A stretch of DNA of 64,000 nt from an uncultured Sulfurospirillum sp. (GCA_964573205.1 CAZNIT010000047.1:777-64776); one strand, 5' to 3'; shown: positions 40,608-49,902, counted from the first letter of the stretch. Program-made: numbers and translations. Notes: a model not told the origin generated them from the sequence alone.

Positions 40608-42425
40608 ATGAAAAATCAAAAACACACTATTGCATTGGCTTTTATTCTAACAATTGGCACGGCTTTTACGGGATGTGGAGGCGGCGGAGGCGGCTCCGAT
40701 ATCGAGATCTTCTCTTTCTCGTCACCGTCTGAGGTAAGTGTCGATATAGGGGATATTACGGCTATAGATGTAGATGCCAACGATCCGGACAACAACAATG
40801 TAACATATTCGCTTTCCGGTAGTGATGCCGATAAATTCACGATTAATTCCGATAACGGAGAAGTATCTTTCAAAACCGAAGCGACACCCGGTACTTATCG
40901 TATAACGGTAACGGCTAGTGCCGGTAAAAAAAGCATATCGCAAAATATTACGATAACCGTAGCCATTCCGGCAAATCATGCACCGGTCATCACAAACGGC
41001 GATAGCGTAAAAGTAAACGAAAATCAATACAACGCGATCGATATCGAAGCAAAAGATGCGGACGGCGATCCTTTGACATACTCCATAACGGGAGGAATCG
41101 ACGGCGATGACTTTTTGATAGATCCGACTAGCGGAATAGTCGTATTTAAAATACCGCCGGTATTTGAAAGTAAAGACAAATACACCTTTACCGTCGGTGC
41201 AAGTGACGGTATAGACACTACAACCAAAGAGATAACCGTAAACATACAAAATGTAACGGATACTCTAGCACCGGTGATTACGACTATGCCTAGCGTAACC
41301 GTCGATGAAAACCAACACTACGCCATAGATATAGACGCCGTCGATGTAAACGGCAATACCATAACCTATTCGATAGAAGCCGGAGATGACGCCGATAGTT
41401 TCGATATCGACCCGGCCACCGGAATCGTAACTTTCAAGAACGCGCCGGATTACGAAACGAAAAAAAGTTACGTTTTCACCGCTGCGGCCGCTAATTCAGA
41501 GGGTTCTACGACTAAAAGGATCACCATATCCATAAACGATCTTGACGGAAAGAGTCTCGTCTTTAAAACCGGACAGACTCAAAAATATAAAACGGGCGAT
41601 GACGGTGATTATGAAGCCGGAAGAGCTAGAAGTCTTACCGTACATAAAAACAAAACGCTTACCGAAAACATTACTAAAGTCACCTGGAAAAACAACGATT
41701 TTCTACACTCCGCCAATCATCTCGATGCCGTAAAATACTGCAACGCCATAACTCATGGAGGATATAAAGACTGGAGACTTCCGACCATAGACGAATTAAC
41801 GAATCTTGCTAACAGAGGAGCGGCAAATTATTTTGGCTCTTTTAATATCATAAAACCCGATAATTATTATTGGTCAAATACGCCATATGTGAGAGAGACA
41901 AATAAATACTATACATTCGGATTCGATCTTGGCGAAGATGCCGTCGAATCAAACGATAAGATAAAATACGTAGCTTGTGTCAGAAAAGAGTTTACAACCG
42001 ACGCAAACCCGCTTGAAAAGAGATTTACAAAATATGAAGATATCGTTACGGATACAAAAACGAAGCTACAGTGGTACGATCCGGCACTAGATCCTATAGC
42101 GACGGTTGGAACTTGGGATGAAGCATTGGACGGATGTAACAATCTTACGGCCGGTGGAAAAGATGACTGGAGACTTCCTAACATAAACGAGCTTATCTCT
42201 ATCGTCGATCGATCGAAAAAAAGCGGAAGTGCCTTTTATGATATTTTTAAAGCGGTAGAACCGAATGCAAATGCTAAATATACATCCACTTATTATTCTT
42301 CTACTACAAACCATGATAAGATTACTAGAGCTTGGGGATTTGATTTTACCAGAGCCAGAGATATAGCAAGTATCTCGAAAACTTTAGTAAAAAACTACAG
42401 ATGCGTAAGAACTCTTGGAGAGTAA
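40608..42425 (+). CDS. Surface lipoprotein A: three cadherin-like repeats plus two DUF1566 (Lcl C-type-lectin-fold) domains
   Basis: Lipobox FTGC plus poly-Gly; APVIT..V.V.ENQ..AIDI.A.D.DGD repeats; KTGQT..Y..GDDGDY; DWRLPT and DWRLPN; ends YRCVR. Confidence 0.85.
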   Translation: MKNQKHTIALAFILTIGTAFTGCGGGGGGSDIEIFSFSSPSEVSVDIGDITAIDVDANDPDNNNVTYSLSGSDADKFTINSDNGEVSFKTEATPGTYRITVTASAGKKSISQNITITVAIPANHAPVITNGDSVKVNENQYNAIDIEAKDADGDPLTYSITGGIDGDDFLIDPTSGIVVFKIPPVFESKDKYTFTVGASDGIDTTTKEITVNIQNVTDTLAPVITTMPSVTVDENQHYAIDIDAVDVNGNTITYSIEAGDDADSFDIDPATGIVTFKNAPDYETKKSYVFTAAAANSEGSTTKRITISINDLDGKSLVFKTGQTQKYKTGDDGDYEAGRARSLTVHKNKTLTENITKVTWKNNDFLHSANHLDAVKYCNAITHGGYKDWRLPTIDELTNLANRGAANYFGSFNIIKPDNYYWSNTPYVRETNKYYTFGFDLGEDAVESNDKIKYVACVRKEFTTDANPLEKRFTKYEDIVTDTKTKLQWYDPALDPIATVGTWDEALDGCNNLTAGGKDDWRLPNINELISIVDRSKKSGSAFYDIFKAVEPNANAKYTSTYYSSTTNHDKITRAWGFDFTRARDIASISKTLVKNYRCVRTLGE

Positions 42426-42439
42426 TTTTTTCTAAATTA

Positions 42440-42466
42440 TCATCCGGTATAAACTATACCGGATGA
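42440..42466. other. 12-bp perfect hairpin just after lipoprotein A
   Basis: TCATCCGGTATA-AAC-TATACCGGATGA; followed by A residues rather than T on the + strand. Confidence 0.75.
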
Positions 42467-42665
42467 ATAAAAAATCGACAAAACATGAAAAAAATAGCTT
42501 TTTTTAAAAATCTTCATTTTAAAAACTTTATATAAAAATATTTTTTATTAAATTATTTAACCAATCAAGATAATATTTTCTGAATATTTCATTAATTTAT
42601 CATGCAATATTTATGCAATAAATTACTGTTAAGATTTTAATATAAAAATTTTAACGGAGGTAATT

Positions 42666-44528
42666 ATGAGACATATTAAAAGTAGTGCCACACTAGCTTT
42701 TATCTTAGCGGCGGGAATGGCTTTTTCAGGATGCGGCGGAGGTTCTTCAACTGCCGTAGGAGCGACGGGTACTTTTGCTTTTACATCTCCTTCAACCGCA
42801 AACGTAACCATAGGTGAATCAAGAGCGATCGATGTCGATGCCGTAGATCCGGCCGGAAACAGTGTCGTTTACGCACTCTCCGGTACGGATGCGGATAAAT
42901 TTTCGATAGACTCAAACGGAGTAGTAAGCTTTAAAACAGGAGCCGTTGCGGGAGTTTACAATATTACGGTTATCGCGCAAGCCGGAGGCAAAAGCATATC
43001 CCAAGATATTACCATTACGGTCACCGTACCGGTAAATCATGCGCCCGTAATTACCAGTGCCGCAAGTGTAAGCGTTGCTGAAAATCAACTAAACGCCATA
43101 GATATCGATGCTACCGATGCCGACGGCGACACCATAACCTATTCGATTAACGGTGGAGATTCCGCAAGTTTTACGATAAATCCAAACAGCGGAGTCGTTC
43201 TTTTTAAGAGCGCACCCGATTATGAGACGAAAAAAATTTACAATTTTATCGCTAGTGCCAACGACGGTGTAGCTTCAACCACCCAAAATGTAACTATAAA
43301 CGTTACGGATGTGGCTGAAGGTTCCGCACCCGTTATCACCACTCCATCGACGGCCAGTGTGGACGAGAATCAAAAAAGTGCGATAGATATCGACGCTACC
43401 GATATTGACGGCGATACTATAGTTTACTCGATTCAAGGGGGTGCGGACGGAGGAAGCTTCGATATAAATTCGTCAACGGGCGTGGTAACTTTTAAAGTGG
43501 CTCCGGATTACGAAACTAAAAACAGTTACTCCTTTACGGTAGGAGCTAGTGACGCAACTTCAACCACAACAAAAGATATAACGATATCCATCAACGATCT
43601 TCAAGGTGGAAGTTTGGTTTTTAAAACAGGACAAACTCTCAAATATCTTCCCGGCGACGACGGTGACTACCAATACGGACTCGATAGAAATTTCACGAGC
43701 GAGGGTATATATATGAATTTTCCGATTTTTATAGACACACGCGTACTTATCGAAAACGTAACGAAAGTTTCATGGAGAAACGACAACTACATAACTACGA
43801 AAAATTATCAAGATGCCGCAAACTATTGTAACGGGTTAAACTACAATGGTAAAACCGACTGGCGACTTCCGACCGTCGATGAGCTGATATCCATAGCAGA
43901 CAGAGGAGATGATAACTATTTCGGCGCTTTTAACAATATAAAAACGGATAAATTCTACTGGTCGAGCACACCTTATAAAAAAGCGGCGAATAAACACTTT
44001 ACTTTCAGTTTCAAGCTCGGTAACGACTCGGTAGGATCGGACTCAACCGCTAAATATGTTACTTGCGTAAGAAAGGATTTTACTTTAAGTCCCGTCTTTC
44101 CATTTCAACCCAGATTTACAAGACCAGGCATATTTGGGGCGGGAAATGTCGTAACCGACTCGAAAACGAAACTACAGTGGCTAGATCCGACTAACACTTT
44201 TGGTTTCCCGGTTCTTCTCTTTCCATCTTCCGGTACTTGGCAACAAGCTATCGAAGGATGCAATAATTTATCGGCCGACGGCAAAAGTGACTGGAGACTT
44301 CCGAATATAAACGAACTTTTAACTATCGTCGATCGTTCAAAAAACGGTACAAACGCTTTTTACGATATTTTCGATACGGTAGCTGCGGATACCTACTTCT
44401 CCTCAACAACACGTCAAGACGATCCTACAAAAGCTTGGGGAGTGGATTTCGCAACCGGTCAAGATGTAGCCTCGGTACCTAAAGCAAGCGTCAAAAAATA
44501 TAGATGCGTGCGATCTCTCGGGGACTAA
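42666..44528 (+). CDS. Surface lipoprotein B, paralog of A (three cadherin-like plus two DUF1566)
   Basis: Lipobox FSGC; same domain order and motifs as 40608-42425. Confidence 0.85.
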   Translation: MRHIKSSATLAFILAAGMAFSGCGGGSSTAVGATGTFAFTSPSTANVTIGESRAIDVDAVDPAGNSVVYALSGTDADKFSIDSNGVVSFKTGAVAGVYNITVIAQAGGKSISQDITITVTVPVNHAPVITSAASVSVAENQLNAIDIDATDADGDTITYSINGGDSASFTINPNSGVVLFKSAPDYETKKIYNFIASANDGVASTTQNVTINVTDVAEGSAPVITTPSTASVDENQKSAIDIDATDIDGDTIVYSIQGGADGGSFDINSSTGVVTFKVAPDYETKNSYSFTVGASDATSTTTKDITISINDLQGGSLVFKTGQTLKYLPGDDGDYQYGLDRNFTSEGIYMNFPIFIDTRVLIENVTKVSWRNDNYITTKNYQDAANYCNGLNYNGKTDWRLPTVDELISIADRGDDNYFGAFNNIKTDKFYWSSTPYKKAANKHFTFSFKLGNDSVGSDSTAKYVTCVRKDFTLSPVFPFQPRFTRPGIFGAGNVVTDSKTKLQWLDPTNTFGFPVLLFPSSGTWQQAIEGCNNLSADGKSDWRLPNINELLTIVDRSKNGTNAFYDIFDTVAADTYFSSTTRQDDPTKAWGVDFATGQDVASVPKASVKKYRCVRSLGD

Positions 44529-44538
44529 ATTACCACAT

Positions 44539-44567
44539 ATCGTGCGGTATGAAACATATCGCACGAT
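44539..44567. other. 13-bp hairpin after lipoprotein B (possible bidirectional terminator)
   Basis: ATCGTGCGGTATG-AAA-CATATCGCACGAT (one G-U pair), between convergent genes. Confidence 0.7.
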
Positions 44568-44573
44568 TGAACT

Positions 44574-45374
44574 TTATCTATGCATACTCTCCGGCTCCAC
44601 ACCCTTTTCAAGTATCACTATTTCGACGCGTCTGTTTCTTTGTCTTCCCGCCGCATCGGCATTTGAGACTACCGGATAGATTTCTCCGTAACCAAGAGCC
44701 GTGATTCTATCCTCATCTATACCTTTTTCCACCAACGCCTCTTTTACCGACTGTGCTCTTCTTAACGAAAGATCGATGTTATACGTAGCACTTCCGACAT
44801 CATCCGTATGGCCTTCTACAAGAACCTTCCTATCGGGATTGTCTTTCAAAAACTCCACCAATTTATCTATAGCTCTTTTTGATCCCGGTAAAAGTGCCGC
44901 TTTACCGCTTTCAAAAAGTACGTCTCCCAGAGTAAGAACCAAACCTCTATTTGTCTGTTTGGCGTTCAACTCCTCGAGCTCTTTGAGTTTCGCTTTTGTC
45001 TGCCGCATCTGTTTTTGAAGAAGTAAAAGCTGCGTCTCTTTTTGATCTAAAAGCGCTTTTTGTTTTTCAACTTTCAACTTCCGTATCTGATTTTTTAGAT
45101 GTTCTCTTCTCGCGCTCTCTTTGACCACTTCGATTTCATGATTTAACAAATACGCTAAATGACGTGCCTCTTTTTCATCTTTTGCATTGCGACTTAGTTG
45201 GTAGATCTTTTCCGCCTCAAAAAGAGCCAAAGGAGCCGTATCCGAAATGGAGGGATCGTTTTTTATTCTCATGTATGTCTGTTGGGCGTTTTTTAGACTC
45301 GGTGTAACAGCCGGTTTAGAGCTACAACCGCCGATAAAAAGAAGCGCTATGGCGATATAAATTATTTTATTCAT
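44574..45374 (-). CDS. OmpA-family lipoprotein with a DUF4398-like N-terminus
   Basis: Lipobox IGGC; RGLVLTLGDVLF, VEGHTD, LSLRRAQSV and RQRNRRVEI. Confidence 0.9.
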   Translation of the reverse strand: MNKIIYIAIALLFIGGCSSKPAVTPSLKNAQQTYMRIKNDPSISDTAPLALFEAEKIYQLSRNAKDEKEARHLAYLLNHEIEVVKESARREHLKNQIRKLKVEKQKALLDQKETQLLLLQKQMRQTKAKLKELEELNAKQTNRGLVLTLGDVLFESGKAALLPGSKRAIDKLVEFLKDNPDRKVLVEGHTDDVGSATYNIDLSLRRAQSVKEALVEKGIDEDRITALGYGEIYPVVSNADAAGRQRNRRVEIVILEKGVEPESMHR

Positions 45375-45377
45375 GCT

Positions 45378-45746
45378 CTATTCTCCTTTTGCTTCATCGA
45401 TAGTCACAAAATCTTTTTTTACTCTTTTTAATTCGATATCAAGTTTATCAAGCTCTTTTTTAAGCTCAAAATTCGTCGCTTTTATTTTTGCTACTCTGGC
45501 ATCGGCAGTAGCTTTTTGCGCTAGAATTTTCGCCTCTTCATACGATTTCTCTTTCATTTTGCGCTGAGCCGCCAACAGTTCGTTTTTCGCTTTTTGAAAA
45601 TAACTTTGAGCCTCTTTGTTATCTTTTGCATTTTGGGCGTCAAGTAGTGCCATTTTCGCTCGTTGGATATCCTCCAAAGGCGGTGTCGAACTTGCACAAC
45701 CGCTTAAAAAGAGTATGAAAACAAGTGTAAATAGAGTTTTATACAA
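45378..45746 (-). CDS. DUF4398 lipoprotein
   Basis: Lipobox LSGC; helical AK.EL..A......YEEAK.LAQKA.ADA.VA pattern; directly upstream of the OmpA gene. Confidence 0.8.
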   Translation of the reverse strand: MYKTLFTLVFILFLSGCASSTPPLEDIQRAKMALLDAQNAKDNKEAQSYFQKAKNELLAAQRKMKEKSYEEAKILAQKATADARVAKIKATNFELKKELDKLDIELKRVKKDFVTIDEAKGE

Positions 45747-45840
45747 ATTGTATCTCCTTGTATTGCATTACAATAAGCTTCATGATATAATAATTTTATT
45801 AAATAATTTATGTAAATCAAACTACAAATAAAGGATATGT

Positions 45841-46407
45841 GTGCAAAAAAAAATATGCTCGGGACTTTTTGTAGCTACTTTGGCGGCTTCAACCCTTCTA
45901 GCGGTCACCTCAAAAGAGTTTTACGATAACGGAAAAGTCAAATATGAGATAACGTACAAAGACGGTATGAAAAACGGTATAACAAAAGAGTACTACCCAA
46001 GCGGAAAGTTAAAAGCGAAATGGAGCTATAAAAACGATCTTCTAAACGGTATCAGCATTATCTATGACGAAAACGGTATGAAAATTCAAGAAGTCGCTTT
46101 CGTCAATTCCAAACAAGAGGGCATTTCTAAAAAATATGACAAAAACGGCAAACTTCTCATAGAGTCGCAATACAAAGACAATACACTAAACGGTATAACC
46201 AAAGAGTATGAAAACGGCAAATTGACGGCAAAATGGAATTATAAAAACGGTTTACGAGACGGAATCGGTATTATCTATTATCCAAACGGAAAGAAAAAAC
46301 TGGAGATAACTTACAAAAACGGTAAATTTGACGGAGTTACGAAAGAGTACGATGCAGATGGAAAATTAAAGGCTCAATGGAACTATAAAAACGGAGAATT
46401 AAATTAG
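45841..46407 (+). CDS. Secreted MORN-2 (YwqK-like) repeat protein
   Basis: Signal peptide plus about seven 24-aa repeats (nG..keYy.nGkl..e..YknG). Confidence 0.85.
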   Translation: MQKKICSGLFVATLAASTLLAVTSKEFYDNGKVKYEITYKDGMKNGITKEYYPSGKLKAKWSYKNDLLNGISIIYDENGMKIQEVAFVNSKQEGISKKYDKNGKLLIESQYKDNTLNGITKEYENGKLTAKWNYKNGLRDGIGIIYYPNGKKKLEITYKNGKFDGVTKEYDADGKLKAQWNYKNGELN

Positions 46408-46496
46408 AGTATTAGTATAGTTTAATAAATTTTTATGCTTATGTATGTATAATTGTCCTTCAATTTTAAATTGAAAATACCAATCAGGAGGTCGTT

Positions 46497-46769
46497 ATGG
46501 CTTTGGATTCGGCTAAAAAGTCTGAAATCGTTAAACAATTTGGCAGAGGTGAGAACGATACCGGTTCTCCGGAAGTGCAGATAGCTCTTCTTTCAAACAG
46601 AATCGCATATTTAACTGAGCATCTAAAAGAGAATAAAAAAGACCACAGCTCAAGGCTTGGGCTTTTAAAGCTCGTAGGTCAAAGAAAAAGACTTATGAGA
46701 TATCTCAAAAAGAAAGATTATGAAAAATATGTAGAGGTAATCAAAGCTCTGGGCATCAGAGGAAAATAA
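46497..46769 (+). CDS. rpsO: 30S ribosomal protein S15
   Basis: [12 protein letters not shown]...[18 protein letters not shown]. Confidence 0.99.
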   Translation: MALDSAKKSEIVKQFGRGENDTGSPEVQIALLSNRIAYLTEHLKENKKDHSSRLGLLKLVGQRKRLMRYLKKKDYEKYVEVIKALGIRGK

Positions 46770-46775
46770 AAAACT

Positions 46776-46805
46776 CAAAAGAGCGTATCATAATACGCTC
46801 TTTTG
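46776..46805. terminator. Bidirectional terminator between rpsO and ppk2
   Basis: CAAAAGAGCGTAT-CATA-ATACGCTCTTTTG. Confidence 0.85.
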
Positions 46806-46816
46806 CCTCCCCCCGT

Positions 46817-47728
46817 TTAAATATCCCTTTTAAAACTCTTTCGATGATACCTTTGGACGACATCGGGATCCGGATGAAGATTTACTTTCGTATTCTCTTT
46901 ACCTTCATATGGAATAAGTGAAAGAACGTACCTTATGGATTCGAGTCTTGCCAATTTTTTATCGTTTGAATCGACGATTATCCAAGGACTGTACGAGTTA
47001 TGAGTTCGTGAAAACATCTCGTCTTTGTAGTGAGTTATCTTATCCCACATCTTTTGCGCCTGTTTATCAACCGGACTTAATTTCCACTGTTTGAGGGGAT
47101 TGTGTTCTCTCTCGTCGAATCTCCTTTGCTGGGTATCTTTTGAGATCGAAAACCAAAATTTTATGAGAATGATTCCGTCGTCTATAAGCGCATGTTCAAT
47201 TTCGGGAACCTCTTTCATAAATCTTTCATACTGATCTTCGCTACAAAAACCGAAAACGGGCTCGACGATAGCGCGATTGTACCAACTTCTGTCAAAAAAC
47301 GCTATCTCGCCGGGATTCGGAAGATTTTGAAAATATCTTTGAAAATAAAACTGCCCTTTTTCTATGTCGCTGGGAGCCGGAAGCGCGACAACACGATACT
47401 TTCTTGGATTAAGATACATTATAAAACGCTTTATAGCTCCGCCTTTTCCGGCGGCATCCCTACCTTCATATATGATCATGAGCCGTTTTTTATTTTCATA
47501 AATCCAATTTTGCATCTTTATAAGCTCGATCTGAAGTTTTTTAAGCTCATCCTCATAAGCCATATCCCTTAAGACTTTCGCTATCTTTTTATGCTGTAAT
47601 AGTCCCTTTACACCCTCTTTCGTACGGAGTTTTCGAATTTTCGACTGAAGACTCTCAAGTCTCTCTTTCATCTGTGGATCTTGGATACGCTCTTTTAAAA
47701 AAAAGAGATCTTCAAAGAGTGTTTTCAT
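46817..47728 (-). CDS. ppk2: Polyphosphate kinase 2
   Basis: EGRDAAGKGG, FDRSWYNRA, KFWFSI and KQWKLSPVD. Confidence 0.96.
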   Translation of the reverse strand: MKTLFEDLFFLKERIQDPQMKERLESLQSKIRKLRTKEGVKGLLQHKKIAKVLRDMAYEDELKKLQIELIKMQNWIYENKKRLMIIYEGRDAAGKGGAIKRFIMYLNPRKYRVVALPAPSDIEKGQFYFQRYFQNLPNPGEIAFFDRSWYNRAIVEPVFGFCSEDQYERFMKEVPEIEHALIDDGIILIKFWFSISKDTQQRRFDEREHNPLKQWKLSPVDKQAQKMWDKITHYKDEMFSRTHNSYSPWIIVDSNDKKLARLESIRYVLSLIPYEGKENTKVNLHPDPDVVQRYHRKSFKRDI

Positions 47729-47842
47729 ATTTAACCTTAAAATATATAATTATCTATATATTATATCATGTTTATAAGCAATAGACTCTTTGGCAAAATA
47801 TAATCGACTTTGAGTAAAATAACGCTTTTTCAAAGGAGATAA

Positions 47843-48724
47843 ATGATTTACGGATTTGACAAAGGTGTCTTTTTTATGTTCGTTTCGGCTCTTATATCGG
47901 CACTCAACGGCGCTGTCGCTAAGATGCTCGGAGATGATCTAAGCGCTCTTGAGATCGTTTTTTTTCGCAATCTTTTCGGAATCATTTTTATACTCATAAC
48001 TTTAAAACATACTCCTCCCAAGCTTAAGGGAGGACGTGCTTCTCTTCTTATCTGGCGCGGAATTTTCGGTTTTTGTGCACTACTTTTATTTTTTTATACG
48101 ATTACGACCATCCCTTTGGGAGTGGCTATAACGCTAAATAAAACATCTCCCCTTTTTGTTGCCGTTTTAGCATTTTTGATTCTTAACGAAAAATTAAACT
48201 TTAAAGCCGTTTTCGCTCTGTTCATAGGATTTTTCGGAGTGGTTTTAATCACGAAACCCACGGGCGCGCATGCAGGACTACCTCATTTGCTGGGGCTTTT
48301 GGGAGGTTTTCTCGCCGCCGCCGCTTATACGACCATAAGAAAAATAAAGCATATCTACGATTCAAGAATAATAGTTTTATCGTTTATGACTACAGGCGTC
48401 GTCATACCACTCGTACTATTTGGTATATCGGAATTTTATTCACCTAAAAATCTTGAATTCTTGCTTAGTGAATTTATTATGCCCCATTCGCCTAAAATGT
48501 GGATTCTACTCTTTACCATAGGTATAACCGCAACTCTATCTCAATGGCTTTTGACAAAAGCTTACAGCAGTTCAAACGCAGGCATAGTCGCCATAGCGGG
48601 CTACACCGTCATACCCTTTAGCATCTTTTTCGGAACTCTTTTGGGAGATCGATTTCCCGATATCTATATACTTACGGGAATCGGCTTTATCGTCGTTTCC
48701 GGACTACTCGTCAAAAAAGGTTGA
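47843..48724 (+). CDS. DMT/EamA family transporter
   Basis: Ten TM helices in two repeats; EIVFFRN and TSPLFV. Confidence 0.9.
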   Translation: MIYGFDKGVFFMFVSALISALNGAVAKMLGDDLSALEIVFFRNLFGIIFILITLKHTPPKLKGGRASLLIWRGIFGFCALLLFFYTITTIPLGVAITLNKTSPLFVAVLAFLILNEKLNFKAVFALFIGFFGVVLITKPTGAHAGLPHLLGLLGGFLAAAAYTTIRKIKHIYDSRIIVLSFMTTGVVIPLVLFGISEFYSPKNLEFLLSEFIMPHSPKMWILLFTIGITATLSQWLLTKAYSSSNAGIVAIAGYTVIPFSIFFGTLLGDRFPDIYILTGIGFIVVSGLLVKKG

Positions 48725-49330
48725 TCAAATCAAAAAACCAAGAACATAACCCGATGCGAAACCTATTAAATGTCCGTACCAAGCTACGGGCATTCCCATC
48801 AAAAGAGGTACGAAACTGATGATTAAAATGGCCGCGATCAAGCCGCCCCTAAGATGAGGATCTCTTTTTGCAAACCAACCAAAAAGAACACTGATTGCTC
48901 CGGACGCTCCGACGACATTATGTTCCAATCCGAAACTTTGCATAAAGTAAAAACTTAAAATACCGGTAGTCAAACCGCCCCCCAGATATATAATCAGATA
49001 CTTAATATGGGCGTTCAACTCTTTTTCCAAAAGATATCCGAACTGAAACAATACGACCATATTCATACCAAGATGCGTTAAATTGGCATGCATAAACATC
49101 GATGTCAAAGGCTGCCAATAAGCCCCTTGTAGAAAATAGCCGTTTAGTCCGTACTTCATATGGCTAGTAGGATCATCCGTTAAGAAATAGACAACAACGT
49201 TCAAAGCTATTAAAATAGGTGTTATGACGATCATGACGACCCTTTTTTTCTTGCTGCTAGCGATGCTATCATCGATCTCTCTTTTTTCGGATTTGTCGAA
49301 AATCTCTCTTCGTAAAATAGTATATCGCAA
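48725..49330 (-). CDS. Rhomboid intramembrane serine protease
   Basis: WQPLTSMFMH, HLGMNM, catalytic GASGA and GHLIG. Confidence 0.92.
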   Translation of the reverse strand: MRYTILRREIFDKSEKREIDDSIASSKKKRVVMIVITPILIALNVVVYFLTDDPTSHMKYGLNGYFLQGAYWQPLTSMFMHANLTHLGMNMVVLFQFGYLLEKELNAHIKYLIIYLGGGLTTGILSFYFMQSFGLEHNVVGASGAISVLFGWFAKRDPHLRGGLIAAILIISFVPLLMGMPVAWYGHLIGFASGYVLGFLI

Positions 49331-49797
49331 CTTTTTTCAAAAAAATTTTTAAGTTCATGAGATTTTAAAAGAAATTTTTTGTTGATCGGTGAGGATTCGC
49401 TCGAACTATCCGACGTATATGTCTGCATCAATAAAACTCCGCCGTTTTTCAGGGCATCTACAATCTGTGGAAAAAGCGAACGCTGAAGAAAATATGTGCA
49501 TACGATCAAATCGTAACTATCGCATTCCAGTTCGTAAGTATCGAAATCTACCTCTTTTAAAAAGATGTTTTTTTCGTTCTCGAGAGTTTTAAGAGCCACA
49601 TAACTAATATCCAGCGCATCCACTAAAAAACCTTCACCGGCTAAATACCTACTATGTCTTCCCATACCGCATGCGATATCAAGAGCTCTCTTGCCGCCGG
49701 CTTTTTTAGCGTACTCTATTACCAAAGATATGGGTTTTAAAGATATGTCGAAATCTCTATACTTCTTATCCCATTTTAATTTATCATACTTCGACAT
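49231..49797 (-). CDS. Class I SAM-dependent methyltransferase (TehB-like)
   Basis: KWDKKY, ALDIACGMGR, DALDIS and LKNGG. Confidence 0.85.
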   Translation of the reverse strand: MSKYDKLKWDKKYRDFDISLKPISLVIEYAKKAGGKRALDIACGMGRHSRYLAGEGFLVDALDISYVALKTLENEKNIFLKEVDFDTYELECDSYDLIVCTYFLQRSLFPQIVDALKNGGVLLMQTYTSDSSSESSPINKKFLLKSHELKNFFEKSCDILFYEERFSTNPKKERSMIASLAARKKGSS

Positions 49798-49902
49798 ATT
49801 CACTCTTTTTAAATATATTGTAACATTTTCATTTTATAATTAAATAACCGACAACTAAAAAATCTTCGATTTGGATATAATAATCTTTTTTAAGGAGAGC
49901 TT

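Noticed and set aside
40671-40698. G-rich run after the lipobox as a phase-variable poly-G tract
   Set aside because: It is mixed Gly codons (gga/ggc), not a homopolymer.
40608-44567. A complete diversity-generating retroelement
   Set aside because: No reverse transcriptase, Avd or non-coding template repeat in the window; paralog differences affect all bases.
45960-46400. Recurring AAATGG.A.TATAAAAACGG nucleotide repeats
   Set aside because: Explained by the MORN protein repeats; they are coding and in frame.
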